NCBI GenBank assembly: GCA_035697515.1
Contig: DASSCS010000038.1
Span: 3,400-67,399 of the forward strand
Direction: 5' to 3'
Source: Acidimicrobiales bacterium
GTDB lineage: Bacteria; Actinomycetota; Acidimicrobiia; Acidimicrobiales; VFJN01
Length of the DNA: 64,000 nt
Shown: positions 60,693 through 64,000 of the stretch, one piece after another
Layout of the letters: every line of letters begins with the position of its first letter
How positions within the stretch are numbered: the first letter of the stretch is position 1
Program-made: the position numbers and the translations under genes
The notes under the pieces: model-generated
What the model saw: only the letters and a program-made list of their open reading frames with translations
Told to the model about the DNA's origin: nothing
Databases searched by the model: none

Positions 60693-60865
60693 GCGATGCC
60701 AAGTCTGGCAAGAACGACCCGGCAGGTCACCCTTCAGCCGGCCCTCGGTCCGTCTGCACGGCGCCCGGACCCGACTCGTCGGTCACCTCATCGACACGCC
60801 ACGGCCGAGGGATGTGACCGGCGCCGCGAGGAGCTCGACGCTCGACGGTCGTTCCGTGCGCCGAT

Positions 60866-61897
60866 TCAGGAGGTCGTGCAGTCGATCACCAGCTTCATCG
60901 GTGGCTGCCGGAGCGCCTCGACGGCCTCGGTGCGGGGGACGACCGCCGAGGTGACCAGCGACGGATCGAAGCCGCCGCCGGCGACGAGCTCGAGGATCGG
61001 GGGGATGGCGGGGCGGGCATGCGCCCGGCCGGTGTGGAACGTGCAGCCGCGCGAGTACATCTGGAACAGCGGCAGCGCCGGGTCGTCGAGGTAGATGGAG
61101 GGGCTCGTGCAGGTGCCGTCGAAGGCGGTGCTGTTGAGGGCGCAGCGCAGGCCGTCGCTGCTGCCACTGGCGTCGACCGTGATGGGGAACGCGCCGGCCT
61201 TGCGGGGCGGTGGCCCGTCGACGACCTCGGCGCCTAGGGCCTCGGCGATGGCGAGCCGGTCGGGGTGCCGGTCGAGATACACGACCCGCGCCGCGCCGAG
61301 CGCCCGGGCGAGCCCGGCGGCGTACAGGCCGATCGAGCTCGGACCGGCGTCGCCGCCGACCACCAGGACCTCGGCGCCGGGCTCGACGGCGAGCTGCGGT
61401 CCGACCGTCCGCCACGCATCGGGCAGGTTGTCGCTCGCGCTGGCGACGGTGAGCGGGTCGACGCCGCCGGGCAGCGGCACCAGCATGGCGTCGGCGTGGG
61501 GCACGGCCACGAGGTCGGCGAGCAGGCCACCCCATTCGAGCCCGCCCATCGTCCCGAGACCGTAGGTCGACAGCGGAGGGTGCGTCGCGCAGTTGCCGGT
61601 GCGGCCCCGCCGGCACGGTGCGCACTCGCCACACGAGATCTGGAAGGTGACGACGGCACGGTCGCCGGGCGACACCGTGGTCACCGCGTCGCCGACGCGC
61701 ACGACCTCGACCACGCCCTCGTGCCCGAGAGGGTAGGGGCCCTCGAGCGGGAACCGCCCCCTCAGCACGCCGACGTCGAGGTCGCAGGTGGCCACCGCGA
61801 CGGGCCGCGCGAGGGCGGCGCCCGGCCCGGCCAGCTCTGGCTCGTCCGCCTCGTCCCAGCGCAGGCGCCCCGGCCCGTCGAGCATGAGTTGCTGCAT
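60866..61897 (-). CDS. Zinc-dependent alcohol dehydrogenase (MDR family)
   Basis: GHEGVVEVV, Cys cluster CGECAPCRRGRTGNC. ATG 61897 is preceded by GGGAG; the ORF is open to GTG 61933. Confidence 0.8.
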   Translation of the reverse strand: MQQLMLDGPGRLRWDEADEPELAGPGAALARPVAVATCDLDVGVLRGRFPLEGPYPLGHEGVVEVVRVGDAVTTVSPGDRAVVTFQISCGECAPCRRGRTGNCATHPPLSTYGLGTMGGLEWGGLLADLVAVPHADAMLVPLPGGVDPLTVASASDNLPDAWRTVGPQLAVEPGAEVLVVGGDAGPSSIGLYAAGLARALGAARVVYLDRHPDRLAIAEALGAEVVDGPPPRKAGAFPITVDASGSSDGLRCALNSTAFDGTCTSPSIYLDDPALPLFQMYSRGCTFHTGRAHARPAIPPILELVAGGGFDPSLVTSAVVPRTEAVEALRQPPMKLVIDCTTS

Positions 61898-62127
61898 GAT
61901 CGCTCCCGACCCTCGTTGTAGGACAACTCTCACAGTGCTGCTGCGCGACGGCCTTGCCGGCGTGCACCCGGCCGACTTCGTGGCGGGCTGGTCCCAGCTC
62001 GCAGCCGCCGAGCTCGAGGCGAGCGGCTGGGCCGACGGCTGCCCCGGCGCCGATGGCCAGCGACCGGCCTAGGGTGGGCCGCGTGCCGGGGGCGGCCGGC
62101 CGTGGACCCGACCCCGAGGAGGCGACC

Positions 62128-62694
62128 GTGGCAGCCACGTCGACGATGATGGCACTCGGCACCGAGGCGCCCGACTTCTCCCTGCCCGACCCCTCCGGGC
62201 GGGTGTGTCGCCGTGACGACTTCGCGGACGCGCCGGGCCTGCTGGTCATGTTCATCTGCAACCACTGCCCGTACGTGAAGCACATCCGCACCGAGCTGGC
62301 GAGCCTCACCGACGGCTGGCAGCAGCGGGGGCTCGCGGTCGTCGGGGTCCAGAGCAACGACTGGACGGCCTACCCCGACGACTCGCCCGAGCGGATGGCC
62401 GACGAGGTGCGCCAGGTGGGCTACACCTTCCCCTACCTGGTGGACGAGTCGCAGGACGTGGCCCGAGCGTACGGCGCCGCCTGCACGCCCGACTTCTTCC
62501 TGTTCGACGGCGACCGCCGCCTGGTCTACCGGGGCCAGCTCGACGGCAGCCGGCCGGGCAACGGCGTCGCCGTCACCGGCGCCGACCTCGGCGCGGCCGT
62601 CGACGCCCTGCTCGCGGGGACGCCCGTGCCCGCCGACCAGCGGCCCAGCATTGGCTGCAGCATCAAGTGGCGGGAGGCGCGACGCCGGGGATGA
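62128..62694 (+). CDS. Thioredoxin-fold (AhpC/TSA-redoxin-like) protein with CxxC
   Basis: APDFSLPD ... LLVMFICNHCPYVKH is typical of this redoxin family. GTG 62128 lies 5 nt after GAGGAGG; alternative ATG at 62146. Confidence 0.8.
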   Translation: MAATSTMMALGTEAPDFSLPDPSGRVCRRDDFADAPGLLVMFICNHCPYVKHIRTELASLTDGWQQRGLAVVGVQSNDWTAYPDDSPERMADEVRQVGYTFPYLVDESQDVARAYGAACTPDFFLFDGDRRLVYRGQLDGSRPGNGVAVTGADLGAAVDALLAGTPVPADQRPSIGCSIKWREARRRG

Positions 62695-63982
62695 CCGAGG
62701 GGTCGGCGTCGGCCAGCAGCGCGTCGCGGTCCTCCTCGAGCACGAACCCGGCGTCGATGGCGGCGTCGGCGGCCTCGGCGTAGGCGGCGAGGTAGGCGTC
62801 GACCGAGGGGTACAGCTGGGCCAGCCGACCGGGGTCGAGCGGCGTGGTCGAGCCCAGCAGCAGGCAGATGATCGACGGGGAGCCGCCGGGCTCTCCCGAC
62901 AGCGTCGCCACCGGCACGTCGACCTGCGGCGTGCGGACGCCGCCGAGCGCGTTGCCGTTGGCGTCCCGCACGAAGTCGGGCGAGCTGTCGGTCTCGAGCC
63001 GTGCGGCCTCGGGCGGCGCCTCGCCCGTGCGCACCCAGGTGTCCAGGCTGTGCAGCGCCGCCTTGGCCACGAAGTGGTGCGGGCCTGTGTTCACCGGTGC
63101 CGGGCAGTCGACCAAGTCCGCCAACGGGCCCAGCTGGTAGGCGTCGGCGTGGGCGGTGCCGGCCACCTCCCACAGCCGGAAGTTGCGGCTGTCGGGTTGC
63201 CGGGCCGGGTGGTAGTTGAGGAACGACAGCACGTCGGTCTCGGTCTCGAGCACCAGGACGGGGACGCCGAGGTCGGTGCGCACCCGGGTGGGTGGCCCGG
63301 CGATGGTGCCGGCGATGTCGATGCCCGCCCCGGCCTTGCCCAGCGGCGCCGCCGCCCCGCCCCGGCTGTGGATCAGGAATCCGTCGAACGCCTCGGTGAG
63401 CGGCTGCACGCCGTTGGCATAGGTGGTGAGCGCGAACGCCGACTGCGACTCGCCGACGGCCAGCAGGTGCTCGGCCTCGAGGCCATCGAGGGCGTCGACG
63501 TCGCCGGGGTCGCGCAGCGCGCGAGCGACCTGCGTGTAGATGTCGTAGGCGAAGGCGTCGCCCGGGTGGGTCAGCGAGCCGTAGCGCTCGCGGTCGAGGC
63601 GGCGCAGGCCGGTGCCCGCGGTGTCACCGCTGCCCGCGCCGGCCACCGCCACCGGTCCGCCCTCGATGCCCAGGTGCTGCGCGGACACGCCCACCCATGC
63701 GTAGCCGCCCCGCACCAACTCGTCCGCGGTGTAGCCGTAGTCGGGAGCCGCGTCGAGGCCCCAGCTGACGTTCAGCCACTCGACCACCACGGTGCCGTTG
63801 AAGTCCTCGGCGTCGGCGGGCCGGCGTACCACGATGCGGGTGCGGTAGCGGTCGGCCTCGTCCTTGACCAGCTCGTAGTGGCCGTCCGGGGGCAGCGCGC
63901 CCCGCGACCGGTACAGGACGGCCACCCCCTCGGCCGTGTACTCCTCCTCGACGTAGCCGGACGCGTCGAGGTCGGGCGTCAC
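62663..63982 (-). CDS. Alpha/beta hydrolase domain-containing protein (possibly continuing past the right edge)
   Basis: GYVEEEY opening, NGTVVVEWLNVS and a nucleophile elbow-like VGESQSAF. The frame stays open from 63982 to base 64000, so the start may lie outside the window. Confidence 0.7.
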   Translation of the reverse strand: MTPDLDASGYVEEEYTAEGVAVLYRSRGALPPDGHYELVKDEADRYRTRIVVRRPADAEDFNGTVVVEWLNVSWGLDAAPDYGYTADELVRGGYAWVGVSAQHLGIEGGPVAVAGAGSGDTAGTGLRRLDRERYGSLTHPGDAFAYDIYTQVARALRDPGDVDALDGLEAEHLLAVGESQSAFALTTYANGVQPLTEAFDGFLIHSRGGAAAPLGKAGAGIDIAGTIAGPPTRVRTDLGVPVLVLETETDVLSFLNYHPARQPDSRNFRLWEVAGTAHADAYQLGPLADLVDCPAPVNTGPHHFVAKAALHSLDTWVRTGEAPPEAARLETDSSPDFVRDANGNALGGVRTPQVDVPVATLSGEPGGSPSIICLLLGSTTPLDPGRLAQLYPSVDAYLAAYAEAADAAIDAGFVLEEDRDALLADADPSVIPGVAPPAT

Positions 63983-64000
63983 GGCGCCGGTGGCGGGCAG

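Noticed and set aside
60494-60817. 107-aa plus-strand ORF in the ligase/ADH gap
   Set aside because: Its third-position composition is much more mixed than in real genes here. It has no RBS and no family resemblance, and it contains the hairpin, so it is more likely non-coding.
1-64000. Search for rRNA, tRNA, CRISPR arrays, transposases, integrases, prophage or toxin-antitoxin modules
   Set aside because: I found none. There are no AT-rich structured RNA-like segments, no spaced direct repeats and no recombinase-like ORFs. The accessory character of the catabolic block therefore rests on gene content and the shared box, not on mobility genes.

Overview
Very GC-rich, densely coding chromosomal segment of Actinomycetota type: many GTG starts, 4-nt and 8-nt start/stop overlaps, and TANNNT leaderless promoters. 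I saw no rRNA, tRNA, CRISPR array, transposase or integrase. Most long ORFs in the six-frame track are Arg/Pro/Gly-rich antisense or out-of-frame shadows, and I rejected them. Layout: (i) 1-12.3 kb holds small detox and regulator genes (VOC, AraC, LysR, PadR plus a membrane partner, YceI), a winged-helix/STAND regulator next to an ABCG-type exporter, a GNAT and a 5'-truncated M28 aminopeptidase. (ii) 12.5-19.7 kb holds a PQQ-type sugar dehydrogenase lipoprotein with a PKD domain. It is followed by a block with visibly relaxed codon bias: a STAND ATPase with a C-terminal class III cyclase domain, an orphan Trp-rich protein, a SnoaL-like protein and a small ferredoxin. (iii) 19.9-24.9 kb is a Liv-type ABC importer. 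(iv) 24.9-62 kb is a large catabolic block. It contains a copper amine oxidase operon, an FGGY kinase, a class II aldolase with dehydrogenases, two tandem M24 paralogues, two P450s, an arylsulfatase, four amidohydrolase_2 paralogues, a fused double acyl-CoA dehydrogenase, two acyl-CoA ligases, a CaiB-type CoA-transferase, an ALDH, a DUF35 plus thiolase-like pair, SDRs and VOCs. The strongest unexplained signal is a 16-bp palindromic box (yCTrAC-N6-GTyAs). It recurs in nine promoter regions of block (iv), which also encodes a single-chain tandem TetR regulator, so this looks like one uncharacterised regulon. Secondary leads are the inverted STAND-cyclase architecture with a substituted catalytic Asn, the orphan gene coupled to it, a degenerate second M24 paralogue, and a Cys-rich small protein behind the sulfatase.
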